Shown piece by piece: positions 29,218 through 40,834 of a DNA stretch of 64,000 bases. The DNA is from an uncultured Actinomycetota bacterium (GTDB lineage: Bacteria; Actinomycetota; Actinomycetes; Mycobacteriales; SCTD01). Under the pieces are notes generated by a model. The model was not told the DNA's origin. It did not search any database and saw only the letters and a program-made list of their open reading frames with translations. A program made the translations under genes and the position numbers. Position 1 is the first letter of the stretch. Each line of letters begins with the position of its first letter. The stretch covers positions 229,858 to 293,857 of the forward strand of contig CAVXIB010000016.1 of the NCBI GenBank assembly GCA_963761695.1, in the 5' to 3' direction.

Positions 29218-29720
29218 CGGGCTGCGTCCGCCGCCTGCAGGCTGCTCCACAGCTGCCCGTACCAGGGGGCGCCGGCCCGGGCCGCCCGCTGCCGGGCGGC
29301 GGCGTCGGGGGCGGGCGCCTCGGGGCGGAGCACCACGTACGCGGTCTCGCCGGGCATCACGAAGTGCAGCCGCTCGCGGGCGACCTGCCGGACGTAGGCC
29401 GGGTCCTCGAACTGCTTGCGCTGCGCCTCCAGCGCCGCGACCCGGTCGCGCTGCTGCGCCTGGGCCTGCCGGGCCCGGGAGATCTCGCCGCGCTGGGACA
29501 GGAACTCGCGCAGCGGGACGGCGGCCGACAGGACCAGGGCGCAGAGCACCAGGCCGAGCACCGCGGCCCGCGTGGTCAGGTCGCTGCGGGACGACGTCGA
29601 CGCCGCGGGGGCCTTCGCCGCCGTCCGCCTGACGGCGGCGCGCGCCACCGAGCGGCCGGCCGGGTCCGGACGCGACCCGGCCGGACGGCGGCCGGGCGAC
29701 CCGGGACGCGGCGACGGCAC
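29214..29720 (-). CDS. septum formation initiator family protein (FtsB/DivIC-like)
   Basis: Intact 168-aa ORF with one TM helix (AAVLGLVLCALVLSAAVPL) followed by a coiled-coil ..ARQAQAQQRDRVAALEAQRKQFEDPAYVRQVARERLHFVMPGE. It lies downstream of eno, as in other actinobacteria. Confidence 0.75.
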   Translation of the reverse strand: MPSPRPGSPGRRPAGSRPDPAGRSVARAAVRRTAAKAPAASTSSRSDLTTRAAVLGLVLCALVLSAAVPLREFLSQRGEISRARQAQAQQRDRVAALEAQRKQFEDPAYVRQVARERLHFVMPGETAYVVLRPEAPAPDAAARQRAARAGAPWYGQLWSSLQAADAAR

Positions 29721-29723
29721 GGG

Positions 29724-31040
<1,317 letters not shown>

Positions 31041-31098
31041 CTAACGGGGTCGGTCGTCGTCCCGGCAGTCCGCCGCGCGGCGGGGCGGGGAGTCGGCC

Positions 31099-32669
31099 CT
31101 AGGACCCGCCCGCGGCGAGCAGGGTGTGCAGGTGCCGGGGAGCCGGACTGCCGTGCGCGAGCACGTCGTCGAACCGGGTCCGGCCCTGCAGCAGCGGCGC
31201 CAGCTCGGCGTAGCCGACGAAGTAGGTGGACAGCTGGGCGCTGGTGAGCAGGGCCCGGCGCCACTTGCCCACCGCCTCGCCCTCCTCCTGGTGGCCGCTG
31301 CCCGTCATCAGCTCCATCGCCTCGGCCTCCTGCAGGCCGCCGGCGTGCACCCCGGCGTCGAGCAGGGCGTTGAGGGTCATCCGGAGCTGCATCTTCAGCT
31401 GCTGCAGCTGGACCGGGACGCCGCCGTGCCCCTGGTCGACCATGAGGCGCTCGGCGTGGACGGCCCAGCCCTCGATGAAGCTGCCGCTGGCGAGCACCTG
31501 CCGCACCCGCGACGGGTGCCGGCGAGCATGGGCGAGCTGCAGCACGTGGCCCGGCATGGCCTCGTGGACCGTGAGGTTGGTGACCATGGCCGCGTTGTAC
31601 TCGCGGAAGAAGCCCTGCCGGCGCTCCGGCGTCCAGTCCGCCGGCGTCGGGCTGATCGCGTAGTAGGTGGTGCCGCCCTGCTCGAGCGGGCCCGGGGCGT
31701 CGCAGTAGGCCACCGCCACGCCACGCCGGAACTCCGGCATCACCTGCACCTCGCACGGGTCGTCCGGCACGGTGGCCAAGCCGGTCCGGCGGACGACCTC
31801 GGCGGTCTCCAGCAGGCTGCGCCGGGCCAGCTCCACGATCGAGGCGTCGTCGGGCGCCTGCGCCGCCACCCGGTCCAGGGCCGTCCGCACCGGGTCAGGG
31901 ACGTTGCCGACGAACCCCCGGGCCACCCGCTCGAGCTCCTCGGTGACCCGTTCCAGGTTCTCCCGCGCCGCGTGCACCACCTGCTGGCTGCTCGAGCCCG
32001 GCGTCGAGCTCGAGGTGGAGCTTGGCGGCGAACACCTCGGCGCCGAGGCGGGGATCGCGGGTGGCCGGCTGAGCCTGCAGCCAGCGAGCTGAACCGCTCC
32101 AGTGCGGCCGCTGCCGCCTCCTGCGCGGGCTCGACCTCCCGCCGCAACGACGGCTCCTCGCGCAGGAGCGCCCCGACCTCGTCGCGGACCAGGGCGACGA
32201 CGCCGGCCGCCTGCTGCACGGCGGTCCCGCGATGGATCGCGGGCAGGTCGACCAGGGTCTGCTCGGCCAGCAGCAGCCGGTCGGGCACGGCCGCCATCCG
32301 GGCGGCCAGGCTGCGCAGCCGATCGGCCGCGGGCAGCGTCGCCCGGGCCACCAGCGGGTGCAGCGCCTCCCCCGGGAGCCAGACGAGGGGGTTCCACGAC
32401 GGCTCGTCGAGCACCTCGTGGGCGAACAGCCGCGCGTCGAGCCCGTTGCGCAGGATCTCGAGGTCGACCTGCTCCTGCACCGGCAGCGCCTGCTCGTCGA
32501 GGCTGTCGAGCTCGTCGCGGCGGCGGGCGAGCAGGCGGGCGGCGACGGCGCGACCGTCCGCCGTGAGGTCGTCGAGCAGGTCATCGTGGGTGTGGTCGCC
32601 GAGGGCGGTCGCGGTCTCGGGAGAGAGCTGCAGCAGGTCGTGGACGACGTCGTCGAACAGGCTCGGCAT
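31099..32669 (-). pseudogene. DUF885 family protein (HExxPGH metalloprotease-like); frame breaks near 32000-32100
   Basis: N-part is ORF 31740..32669 (MPSLFDDVVHDLLQLSPETATALGDHTHDD..). C-part is ORF 31099..32397 (..AYCDAPGPLEQGGTTYYAISP..NLTVHEAMPGHVLQLAH..FIEGWAVHAERLM..). Confidence 0.75.
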
Positions 32670-32673
32670 GGCC

Positions 32674-33672
32674 TCAGCAGACCAGGTCGGGGCCGATCCG
32701 GTCCACCGACGGCAGCCCGCACAGGCGCAGCACCTCGAGCACCTCCTCGCGCAGGCCCGTGAGCAGGTCCGCCACGCCGTCGGCGCCGCCCACCGCCAGC
32801 GCCCACAGCTGAGGACGCCCCAGCAGGACGGCGTCGGCCCCCAGGGCCAGCGCCGTGACCACGTCGCGCCCGCTGCGCAGGCCCCCGTCGACGAGCACCC
32901 CGGCCCGGCCCGCGACGGCGGCCGCGACCTCCGGCAGGGCCCGGGCCGTGCTGACCGCCCCGTCGAGCTGCCGGCCGCCGTGGTTGCTCACCACGACGCC
33001 GGCGGCCCCGGCCTCCACCGCGGCCCGGGCGTCGTCGGCCCGCAGGACACCCTTCACCCAGAAGGGCAGGCCGGTCTGCGCGGCTAGGGCGACCGCGTCC
33101 GCCAGGGTGACGTCGTCGGCGAGCTCGGCGCCCGGCCGGTCGGCCAGGCCGGGGGCGGCCCGCCGCGCGTCGGGCGGCAGGGTCTGCTTGCCGGCCCGCC
33201 GCCGCGCGAGCACGGGCGCGTCGCCGGTGACCACGAGCGCCGACGCCCCGAGCGCGGACGCCTGCTCGGCCACCTCGCGCGTCAGGCCCCGGTCGCGGAG
33301 CACATACAGCTGCTGCCACCAGCGGCCGACCGGCAGCCCGAGGTCGGCCAGGCCCACCGACGCCCGGGCGCTGACCACGGGCAGGGAGCCCGCCGCGACG
33401 GCGCCGGCCACCGTGGCGCGCTCGCCGTCCGGGTGGGCGAGACCGTGCAGCGCGCACGGTCCGAGCAGCACGGGGAGGGCGAGCCGAACGCCCCCCACAG
33501 TCGTGGCGGCGTCGACCGCGCTGACGTCGCGCAGCACGTGGGGCCGCAGCCGTCGCTCGCGCCAGGCCGCCGTGGCCTCACCGGCCGTCTGCGCCTCGCC
33601 CGAGGGTCCGTCGTAGTAGGCGAGCACGCCCGGGTCCAGGACGCGGGCGGCCTGCTCCTCGTGGCCACTCAG
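32674..33672 (-). CDS. FMN-dependent alpha-hydroxy-acid oxidase/dehydrogenase (LldD/glycolate oxidase family); start uncertain
   Basis: ORF 32674..33816: ..VLAYYDGPSGEAQT..LPVLLGPCALHGLAHPDGE..FWVKGVLRADDARAAVEAGAAGVVVSNHGGRQLDG..VLVDGGLRSGRDVVTALALGADAVLLGRP. The only start candidate that fits the upstream stop is CTG at 33672 (CTGA overlap). Confidence 0.75.
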   Translation of the reverse strand: MSGHEEQAARVLDPGVLAYYDGPSGEAQTAGEATAAWRERRLRPHVLRDVSAVDAATTVGGVRLALPVLLGPCALHGLAHPDGERATVAGAVAAGSLPVVSARASVGLADLGLPVGRWWQQLYVLRDRGLTREVAEQASALGASALVVTGDAPVLARRRAGKQTLPPDARRAAPGLADRPGAELADDVTLADAVALAAQTGLPFWVKGVLRADDARAAVEAGAAGVVVSNHGGRQLDGAVSTARALPEVAAAVAGRAGVLVDGGLRSGRDVVTALALGADAVLLGRPQLWALAVGGADGVADLLTGLREEVLEVLRLCGLPSVDRIGPDLVC

Positions 33673-34283
33673 GCCCGCCGCAGCCGGGCCCCGCGCACGA
33701 CCCGGCCGCTGCCGCGGGCCGTGAGGTAGAAGCCCCGCCGCCCCTCGCCCAGGAACGCCATCGCGGCGCGGACGTCGTCGTCCACCGGTGTTCCGGGCCC
33801 CCGGCCGAGCAGCCACCGGGTGAACTCCACGCAGGGCGCGGCGGCCGTCGCACCGGTGAGCTCCAGGGGCTCACCCGGTCGGCCGTCCGCCTGCACCGTG
33901 TCGAGCAGCAGCACGCCGGTGAGGTCGGCGGACGTCAGCGGTGCCGGCGTCTCCAGCAGGACGTTCTCCCCGGCGCACCCGACCACCGCATGCTCGCCGA
34001 ACCGGTCCCGGACCGCGTCGGCGTGCGTGCGCGGCAGCACCGACAGCCCGTTGGTGAGCCGGACGTTGCGGCTGAGCGGGTGGTCGGCGTGGTGTGCGTC
34101 GAGCAGGCCGTCGGGCCCCCGGACGCCCCTGGGGCCGACCTCGAGCCAGGCCACCTCGACCAGCGGAGACGGGTCGTAGACCCGGGCGCCACGGGGGCCG
34201 GGCTTGAGCGGAGCGTGCTGCACCTGCAGGCGGGCGACCGTGCCGATGGGCGCGCCGGGCGGCCGGGCGTCAGCGGGCGACAC
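33669..34283 (-). CDS. hypothetical protein, possibly MOSC-domain-like
   Basis: In-frame GTG 34283 in ORF 33669..34505: VSPADARPPGAPIGTVARLQVQHAPLKPGP..AWLEVGPRGVRG..VGCAGENVLLETPAPLTSADL.. The function call is tentative. Confidence 0.45.
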   Translation of the reverse strand: MSPADARPPGAPIGTVARLQVQHAPLKPGPRGARVYDPSPLVEVAWLEVGPRGVRGPDGLLDAHHADHPLSRNVRLTNGLSVLPRTHADAVRDRFGEHAVVGCAGENVLLETPAPLTSADLTGVLLLDTVQADGRPGEPLELTGATAAAPCVEFTRWLLGRGPGTPVDDDVRAAMAFLGEGRRGFYLTARGSGRVVRGARLRRA

Positions 34284-34848
34284 AGGCCTCTCCCCCGACC
34301 AGTCCGACCACGACGGCGGCGTCGGTCGGGCCGTCGAGGAAGCCCGACAGCCCCCCGTCGCTGGCGAACTCGTTGCCGAGCGTGGACTCCGAGAACATGG
34401 CGTCGGGCAGGGCGCGTACGACGTCGGCCCTGGTGGAGCCGAGCCGCAGCCCGTTGTCGGCGACCAGGCCCGCACCGGACTCGTCCCAGCCGACGAAGCG
34501 CTCACCGTCGAACAGCACGTCGAAGCCCTGCGACGACAGGGACGTGCGGGGGCCCTGGCCGCACTCGACCGTCAGCTGCTCGGGCTCCCCGAGGGCGCTG
34601 GCCAGAGCCGGGGCGACGATCGAGGTGCCGCTGCCGAACGGGATGGCCACGGTCGAGCCGCCGGAGCGCAGCGCCAACCCGTCGCCGCGCAGGACGAGCG
34701 TCGCCCCCGAGGCGGTCGTGGGCTCCGGCTCCGGCGGCGGGGCCTGCTCCGTGGCAGCCACCCCGGGGCTGCTCGCCACCGGTGTCGACGACCCCCCGCC
34801 GCAGGCGGACAGGGCGAGCAGCAGGGCCACGGCGGTCAGGGTGCGCAT
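34270..34848 (-). CDS. lipoprotein, unknown function
   Basis: ATG 34848 within ORF 34270..34881. The lipobox is in MRTLTAVALLLALSACGGGSS; the rest is a soluble domain. Confidence 0.65.
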   Translation of the reverse strand: MRTLTAVALLLALSACGGGSSTPVASSPGVAATEQAPPPEPEPTTASGATLVLRGDGLALRSGGSTVAIPFGSGTSIVAPALASALGEPEQLTVECGQGPRTSLSSQGFDVLFDGERFVGWDESGAGLVADNGLRLGSTRADVVRALPDAMFSESTLGNEFASDGGLSGFLDGPTDAAVVVGLVGGEACVAR

Positions 34849-34902
34849 GCCCCCACTCTCCCAGGCCGCCGGCCCCGCCACCCCCGGGCGCGGACCGGCG
34901 TG

Positions 34903-35889
34903 TCAGTCCGCCTGCAGGCGGTCCCGGGCCAGGCGCGAGACCCGGCGCAGCTCCTCCTCGGGGTCCACGCCCGCCTCCCGGCAACGGCGCACGAGCTCCC
35001 ACAGCTTCCCGCCCAGACCGTCCTCGCCCAGGTCGGGCGCCGTCGGGACGGCCGCCCCGGAGCGGGCCGCCCGCTTCTGCAGCGCCGCCGCGAGCGCGAG
35101 CGCGGGCTGCCCCAGCGGGACGCCGCTGACCGCGGTACGGCCCTCGGCGGCCTTGAGCCGCTCCCAGCTGCCCTCGAGGTCCTCGGCCGAGGTGCCCGCG
35201 AACACGTGCGGATGACGCCGGACCAGCTTGGCCACGAGGTCGTCGGCGACGTCGTCCACCGACCACGACGTCTCGCTGGCGATCCGGGCGTGGAACACCA
35301 CCTGTAGCAGAACGTCGCCGAGCTCCTCCCGCAGGGCGACCGGGTCGCCGTCCTCGAGCGCCTCGTAGGCCTCGTAGGCCTCCTCCAGCAGGTACTTCTT
35401 CAGACTGTCGTGGGTCTGCTCGGCGTCCCAGGGGCAGCCCCCCGGGCCGCGGAGGCGGTCCATCAGGGCGACGACGTCGAGCAGGTGGCTGCCCGGGAGG
35501 TCGTAGGAGCCGTAGACCACCTCGAGGGGGACCCGGCGCTCGCGGGCCGCGAGGTCGCCGAGGGCCCGCACCAGACCGGCGTCCGCCTCGGGGTCGGCCA
35601 GCCACACCACCTGCTCGCCCTCGACGGCCCGGCCGTGCAGCAGCTCGGCCAGCGCGACGTCGCCGGGGGCAGCCTGTCCCCCGTACCCGGTGCGCCGGTC
35701 CGCCGGCGCCTCCGGACGCTCCTGCAGGGTCACCTCGACCCCCGCGTCCTGCAGGAAGGGCAGCTGGGGATGGGACGCGGCACCGACGCCGACCGGAGCG
35801 CTGCGCAGCGCCTGCCAGGCGGGCCACGACAGCAGCCCCGGCGGAATGCGCGGGCTGACGACGACCAGCAGCACCTGGCCGGCGGTCAC
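34903..35889 (-). CDS. mazG: nucleoside triphosphate pyrophosphohydrolase MazG
   Basis: GTG 35889 in ORF 34903..36162. The sequence ..[66 protein letters not shown].. is the typical MazG core. Confidence 0.85.
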   Translation of the reverse strand: MTAGQVLLVVVSPRIPPGLLSWPAWQALRSAPVGVGAASHPQLPFLQDAGVEVTLQERPEAPADRRTGYGGQAAPGDVALAELLHGRAVEGEQVVWLADPEADAGLVRALGDLAARERRVPLEVVYGSYDLPGSHLLDVVALMDRLRGPGGCPWDAEQTHDSLKKYLLEEAYEAYEALEDGDPVALREELGDVLLQVVFHARIASETSWSVDDVADDLVAKLVRRHPHVFAGTSAEDLEGSWERLKAAEGRTAVSGVPLGQPALALAAALQKRAARSGAAVPTAPDLGEDGLGGKLWELVRRCREAGVDPEEELRRVSRLARDRLQAD

Positions 35890-35894
35890 CTCGG

Positions 35895-37076
35895 TCAGGA
35901 GGTGGGGCTGGCGGGCGCCTGCTCGGCAGGGACCTGCTGCGCGGGTGCCTGATCGGTCGGCACCTGGTCGGTCGGAGCCTCGTCGGTCGGCACCTGGTCG
36001 GTCGGCGCTCCCTCCTGGGGGGCGCCCTGCTGGGGGGCGCCCTGCTGGGGGGCGCCCTGCTGGGGCCCGCCAAGCGGGTCGACCGCGGCGGAGCTGTCGC
36101 CGGCGTCGGGGCTGCTGACCGGGCTGGTCGCCTCGACCACGCTGACCGTCTCGGCGTCCCACCGGCCAAAGCGCGGGCTGACGCGCACCTGCTCCTTCGC
36201 GGCCGTGGCGCGCAGCAGCTCGGCGATGGCGGTCTCCCGCGGCTGGGCCAGCGCCTGCCGCCGCAGCTCGGGGGTGGCCTGCGCGAGCGTCGTCGTGCGT
36301 CGCTCGAGCAGGTTGTAGACGTGGAAGCCGAACTGGGTCTGCACGATGCCGTACTGACCGATCTTGGCCGAGAACAGCGCCTTCTCGAACTCCGGCACGT
36401 AGGCACCACGGCCGGCCGGGTCGAGCTCACCGCCGCGGACCTTGCTGCCCTCGTCGAGCGACTTCTCCTGCGCGATCGTGGCGAACTGCGACGGGTCGCG
36501 CCGGACGGTCGCGAGCACGGCCTGCGCCTCCGCGGCCGTCTTGAGCAGGATGTGCCGGGCCACGACCTGGTCGTACTGGGCGATGTTCTGCTGGTACAGC
36601 GCCGCGAGGTCGGCCTGCGGCACGGGGCGGTCCGCGACGAGCGCGTCGCCGAGCTTGTCGTTCAGCGTGAGGTCGTGGATGAACGGCCGCAGGTCCTGCG
36701 CGGCGATCCCGCTCTGGGCGGCCTGCTTCTCGAGCTGGTCCTGACCGCCGAGCTGGCTGGCGAACTGCGCGACCCGCGCGTCGACCTCGCCCTCCGAGAC
36801 GGTGACCCCGCGCTGGTCGGCGGCCGTGTCGAGCAGCCGGCCGGTGATCATCCGCGACAGCACCTGCCGTTGGAAGGCCGCCCGGTCGGTGCCGAGCTGC
36901 TGCGCTGCCTGCTCGTCCTGCAGCCCGCGGTCGACGACGCGCTGCAGGGAGGTGCTCGTGATCCGGGCGTCGCCGACGGTGGCGGCGGCGCCGGCGCGCA
37001 CCGGTGCGTCGCCGCAGGCGCTCAGCAGCAGCACGGACAGGGAGGAGACCGCGACGAGGCGGACGGTGCGCATCAC
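35895..37076 (-). CDS. SurA/PrsA-like peptidyl-prolyl isomerase lipoprotein with repetitive Pro/Gln-rich C-terminal tail
   Basis: Intact 393-aa ORF. Lipobox VLLLSACG; parvulin-type segment ..[55 protein letters not shown]; tail [43 protein letters not shown]. Confidence 0.8.
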   Translation of the reverse strand: MMRTVRLVAVSSLSVLLLSACGDAPVRAGAAATVGDARITSTSLQRVVDRGLQDEQAAQQLGTDRAAFQRQVLSRMITGRLLDTAADQRGVTVSEGEVDARVAQFASQLGGQDQLEKQAAQSGIAAQDLRPFIHDLTLNDKLGDALVADRPVPQADLAALYQQNIAQYDQVVARHILLKTAAEAQAVLATVRRDPSQFATIAQEKSLDEGSKVRGGELDPAGRGAYVPEFEKALFSAKIGQYGIVQTQFGFHVYNLLERRTTTLAQATPELRRQALAQPRETAIAELLRATAAKEQVRVSPRFGRWDAETVSVVEATSPVSSPDAGDSSAAVDPLGGPQQGAPQQGAPQQGAPQEGAPTDQVPTDEAPTDQVPTDQAPAQQVPAEQAPASPTS

Positions 37077-37119
37077 GCCCCCACCCTATGAGGAGCCGGC
37101 CGCGCGCGGGGACCCCGGT

Positions 37120-40100
37120 TCACCGGGACGACGAGGCGACGCCCGCGGCGGCCCCGACCGAGTCGCCGAGGACGGCCTCCAGCAGGTCCCGGGCCCAGTC
37201 GAGCAGCGCCAGGTCGCGCAGCGGCTGACCCCCGACCCGGGCCGTCTTCGGCACCGGCACCAGGGCGGTTCCGACCGCCGGCTTGACCACCGTGCCGGGA
37301 TAGAGCCGCTTGAGCCGCATGTCCTGGCTCTCGCGCAGCTCCAGCGGAGCGAAGCGCACACCCTGGCTGCCCTGCAGGGCCACCTCGGTCAGGCCGAACG
37401 ACTTCGCGACCGCCCGGAAGCGGGCCACCGCGAGCAGGTTCTCCACCGGCGTCGGGAGCGGGCCGTACCGGTCGACGAGCTCGGCGCGCACGGCCTCGAC
37501 CGCGGCGTCGTCGGTCGCGGCGGCCAGCCGGCGGTAGGCCTCCAGGCGCAGCCGCTCCCCCGGGACGTAGGCGTGCGGCAGGTGGGCGTCGACCGGGAGG
37601 TCGACCTTGCACTCGGGCACCTCGGCGACGTCCTCGCCGGGCATCGCGCCGCTCTTCTTGAAGTCGCCGACCGCCTCCCCGACCAGGCGCATGTACAGGT
37701 CGAACCCGACGCTCGCGATGTGGCCCGCCTGCTCGCCGCCGAGCAGGTTGCCGGCGCCGCGGATCTCGAGGTCCTTCATCGCCACCGCCATGCCGGCGCC
37801 GATCTCGGTGTTCTGCGCGATGGTGGCCAGGCGGTCGTGCGCGAGCTCGGTCAGCGGCCGCTCCGGCGGATAGGTGAAGTAGGCGTAGGCGCGCTCGCGG
37901 CCACGACCCACCCGGCCGCGGATCTGGTGCAGCTGGCTCAGGCCGAAGCTGTCCGCCCGCTCGACGATCAGCGTGTTGGCGTTCGGGATGTCCAGCCCGC
38001 TCTCCACGATGGTCGTGCTGACGAGCACGTCGTAGTCCTTCTCCCAGAACCCGACCATCACCTGCTCGAGCGCCTCCTCGCTCATCTGGCCGTGACCGGT
38101 GGCGATCCGGGCCTCCGGCACCAGCTCGGACAGCCGCTTCGCCGTCCGGTCGATGCTCTCGACCCGGTTGTGCAGGTAGAAGACCTGCCCCTCGCGCATC
38201 AGCTCGCGCCGGATCGCGGCGGCGACCTGCTTCTCGTCATAGGGGCCGACGAAGGTCAGCACGGGGTGGCGCTCCTCGGGCGGGGTGAGGATCGTGCTCA
38301 TCTCGCGGATGCCGGTGAGGCTCATCTCGAGGGTGCGCGGGATGGGCGTGGCCGACATCGTCAGCACGTCCACGGCCGTGCGCATCTGCTTGAGGTGCTC
38401 CTTGTGCTCGACGCCGAACCGCTGCTCCTCGTCGACGATCACCAGGCCCAGGTCCTTGAACGCGACGTCCTTGCCGAGCAGCCGGTGCGTCCCGATGACG
38501 ACGTCGATCGTGCCGTCCTTCATCCCGGCCATGACCTCGGTCTGCTCCTTGGCGGAGTTGAAGCGGCTGGTGGCGCGGACGGTGACCGGGAACTGCGCGA
38601 AGCGGTCGCGGAAGGTGTTGTAGTGCTGCTGCACCAGCAGCGTGGTGGGCACCAGGACCGCCACCTGCTTGCCGTCCTGCACCGCCTTGAAAGCGGCCCG
38701 CACCGCGATCTCGGTCTTGCCGTAGCCGACGTCGCCCATGATCACGCGGTCCATCGGGACGCTGCGCTCCATGTCGGCCTTGACCTCGTTGATGGCCTCG
38801 AGCTGGTCGGGGGTCTCGACGTAGGGGAAGGCGTCCTCGAGCTCGCGCTGCCAGGGGGTGTCCGGGCCGAACGCGTGGCCGGGGGCGCTGGTGCGCGCGG
38901 CGTAGAGCTGGATCAGCCCGGCGGCGATCTCGCGGACCGCCTTCTTGGCGCGCCCCTTGCGCTTGGCCCAGTCGCCGCCGCCCATCTTGTCCAGCGTCGG
39001 CGCCTCGCCGCCCACGTAACGGGTGACGAGCTCGAGCTGGTCGGTCGGCACGTACAGGCGGTCGCCCGGGTGGCCCTTCTTGCTCGGGGCGTACTCGATG
39101 ACCATGTACTCGCGGGTCGCGCCCTGCACCGTGCGCTGCACCATCTCGACGTAGCGCCCGACGCCGTGCTGCTCGTGCACCACGGCGTCACCGGCCTTGA
39201 GGGCGAGCGGGTCGACGACGTTCTTGCGGCGGCTGGGCATCCGCTTGGAGGGGTCCTTCGCGCCGGTGCCGCGGGTGCCCGTCAGGTCGGACTCGGTGAG
39301 CACCAGCGTCTTCAGCAGCTCGCTGGAGAAGCCGGTGCCCAGGCAGCCCTGCGTGACCGTGACCCGGCCGGCCGCCGTCTCGCCGTCGAGCACGGCCGGC
39401 ACGTCGGCGTTGCGCAGCACCTCCATGAGCCGCTCGGCGGTGCCGTGCCCCTCGGCCGACAGCACCACGCGCCAGCCGTCCTTGGCCGCCTGCCGCACGT
39501 CCTCGACCGCCCGCTCGGTCTCCCCGCGATAGGCCTGCGGCTGCCGGGCGGCCAGCACCACGGCGTCGTCCTCGAGGTCCTCGTCGGCGGTGAAGGGCGA
39601 CAGCGACCACCACGGCAGGCCGAGCGACGCCGCGTGCTCGCGCACCTCGAGAAGCGTGCGGTAGGCGGCGGCGCCCAGGTCGACCGGGGCGGCCCCCCCG
39701 ACGGCGGCGGTGGCCCAGGACGCCTCGAGGAACTCCTGGCTGGTGCGCACGAGGTCGTGCGCGCGGGTGCGCACCTTCTCGGGGTCGCAGACCACGACGC
39801 TGGTGTCACGGGGCAGCTCGTCGATGAGCAGCTGAAGGTCGTCGACCAGCACGGGCGCGAGCGCCTCCATGCCCTCCACGGGGGTGCCGTCGGCGATCTT
39901 GTCGCACATCTCCTGCAGCACCGGATGGGTCTGCGCGAGCGTGCGGGCCTTCTCCCGCACCGACGGCGTGAGCAGGAGCTCGCGGCACGGCGGAGCCCAC
40001 AGGCCGTGCTCCACCACACCGGGCAGCGACCGCTGGTCGGCCACCTTGAAGGCGCGCACCTCCTCGACGGTGTCGCCCCAGAGCTCGACCCGCACGGGGT

Positions 40101-40689
40101 GCTCCTCGGTGGGCGGGAACACGTCGAGGATCCCGCCGCGCACGGCGAACTCGCCCCGCTTCTCCACGAGGTCGACCCGGGCGTAGGACAGGTCGACCAG
40201 CCGCTCGACCAACCGGTCCAGACCGCCGTCGACGTCCTGACCGTGCAGCACCTGCACCGGCTCGAGGTCTCCCAGTCCGGGCACCTGCGGCTGCAGGACG
40301 CTGCGCACCGGACACACGACCACCCGGACCGGACCGGTGGCGGGGTCGTCGTCGCGGGGGTGTGCGAGCCGCCGCAGGACCGCCAGACGACGCCCGACGG
40401 TGTCGGCCCGGGGGCTGAGCCGCTCGTGCGGGAGGGTCTCCCAGCTGGGGTAGTAGGCCACGAGGTCCGGGTCCATCAGGCAGCCGAGGGCGTCGACCAG
40501 GTCCTCGGCCTCGCGCCCGGTGGCGGTGACGGCCAGGACCGTGCGTCCCTGCCGGGCCAGGTTCGCCACGACGAACGGGCGCAGGCCGGCCGGGCCGGTG
40601 AGCTCCAGCGCGGGGGTGGTCGGGGCCTGGAGGGCACGAGCAAGCGAGGGGTCGGCGGCGACGACGTCGAGCAGTCCGGCGAGGGACAC
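37120..40689 (-). CDS. mfd: transcription-repair coupling factor Mfd
   Basis: ORF 37120..41202, trimmed to GTG 40689 (VSLAGLLDVVAADPSLARAL..) with GGAG upstream. Intact over about 1190 aa, with helicase motifs ..MDRVIMGDVGYGKTEIAVRAAF.., ..LVIVDEEQRFGV.., ..QLHQIRGRVGRG.. Confidence 0.95.
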   Translation of the reverse strand: MSLAGLLDVVAADPSLARALQAPTTPALELTGPAGLRPFVVANLARQGRTVLAVTATGREAEDLVDALGCLMDPDLVAYYPSWETLPHERLSPRADTVGRRLAVLRRLAHPRDDDPATGPVRVVVCPVRSVLQPQVPGLGDLEPVQVLHGQDVDGGLDRLVERLVDLSYARVDLVEKRGEFAVRGGILDVFPPTEEHPVRVELWGDTVEEVRAFKVADQRSLPGVVEHGLWAPPCRELLLTPSVREKARTLAQTHPVLQEMCDKIADGTPVEGMEALAPVLVDDLQLLIDELPRDTSVVVCDPEKVRTRAHDLVRTSQEFLEASWATAAVGGAAPVDLGAAAYRTLLEVREHAASLGLPWWSLSPFTADEDLEDDAVVLAARQPQAYRGETERAVEDVRQAAKDGWRVVLSAEGHGTAERLMEVLRNADVPAVLDGETAAGRVTVTQGCLGTGFSSELLKTLVLTESDLTGTRGTGAKDPSKRMPSRRKNVVDPLALKAGDAVVHEQHGVGRYVEMVQRTVQGATREYMVIEYAPSKKGHPGDRLYVPTDQLELVTRYVGGEAPTLDKMGGGDWAKRKGRAKKAVREIAAGLIQLYAARTSAPGHAFGPDTPWQRELEDAFPYVETPDQLEAINEVKADMERSVPMDRVIMGDVGYGKTEIAVRAAFKAVQDGKQVAVLVPTTLLVQQHYNTFRDRFAQFPVTVRATSRFNSAKEQTEVMAGMKDGTIDVVIGTHRLLGKDVAFKDLGLVIVDEEQRFGVEHKEHLKQMRTAVDVLTMSATPIPRTLEMSLTGIREMSTILTPPEERHPVLTFVGPYDEKQVAAAIRRELMREGQVFYLHNRVESIDRTAKRLSELVPEARIATGHGQMSEEALEQVMVGFWEKDYDVLVSTTIVESGLDIPNANTLIVERADSFGLSQLHQIRGRVGRGRERAYAYFTYPPERPLTELAHDRLATIAQNTEIGAGMAVAMKDLEIRGAGNLLGGEQAGHIASVGFDLYMRLVGEAVGDFKKSGAMPGEDVAEVPECKVDLPVDAHLPHAYVPGERLRLEAYRRLAAATDDAAVEAVRAELVDRYGPLPTPVENLLAVARFRAVAKSFGLTEVALQGSQGVRFAPLELRESQDMRLKRLYPGTVVKPAVGTALVPVPKTARVGGQPLRDLALLDWARDLLEAVLGDSVGAAAGVASSSR

Positions 40690-40834
40690 GGGAAGGCTCC
40701 AGGGAACGGCACACGGCGAGAGCCCCGGAGCGGTCGCGCCCCGGGGGAAGGCCCCAAGGATACGGCGGTCGCGTGGCACCGGCAGCGCGGAGCCGGCGGG
40801 GGAAATCCTGGCCCGACGGCTGCTCGGCACGGGA

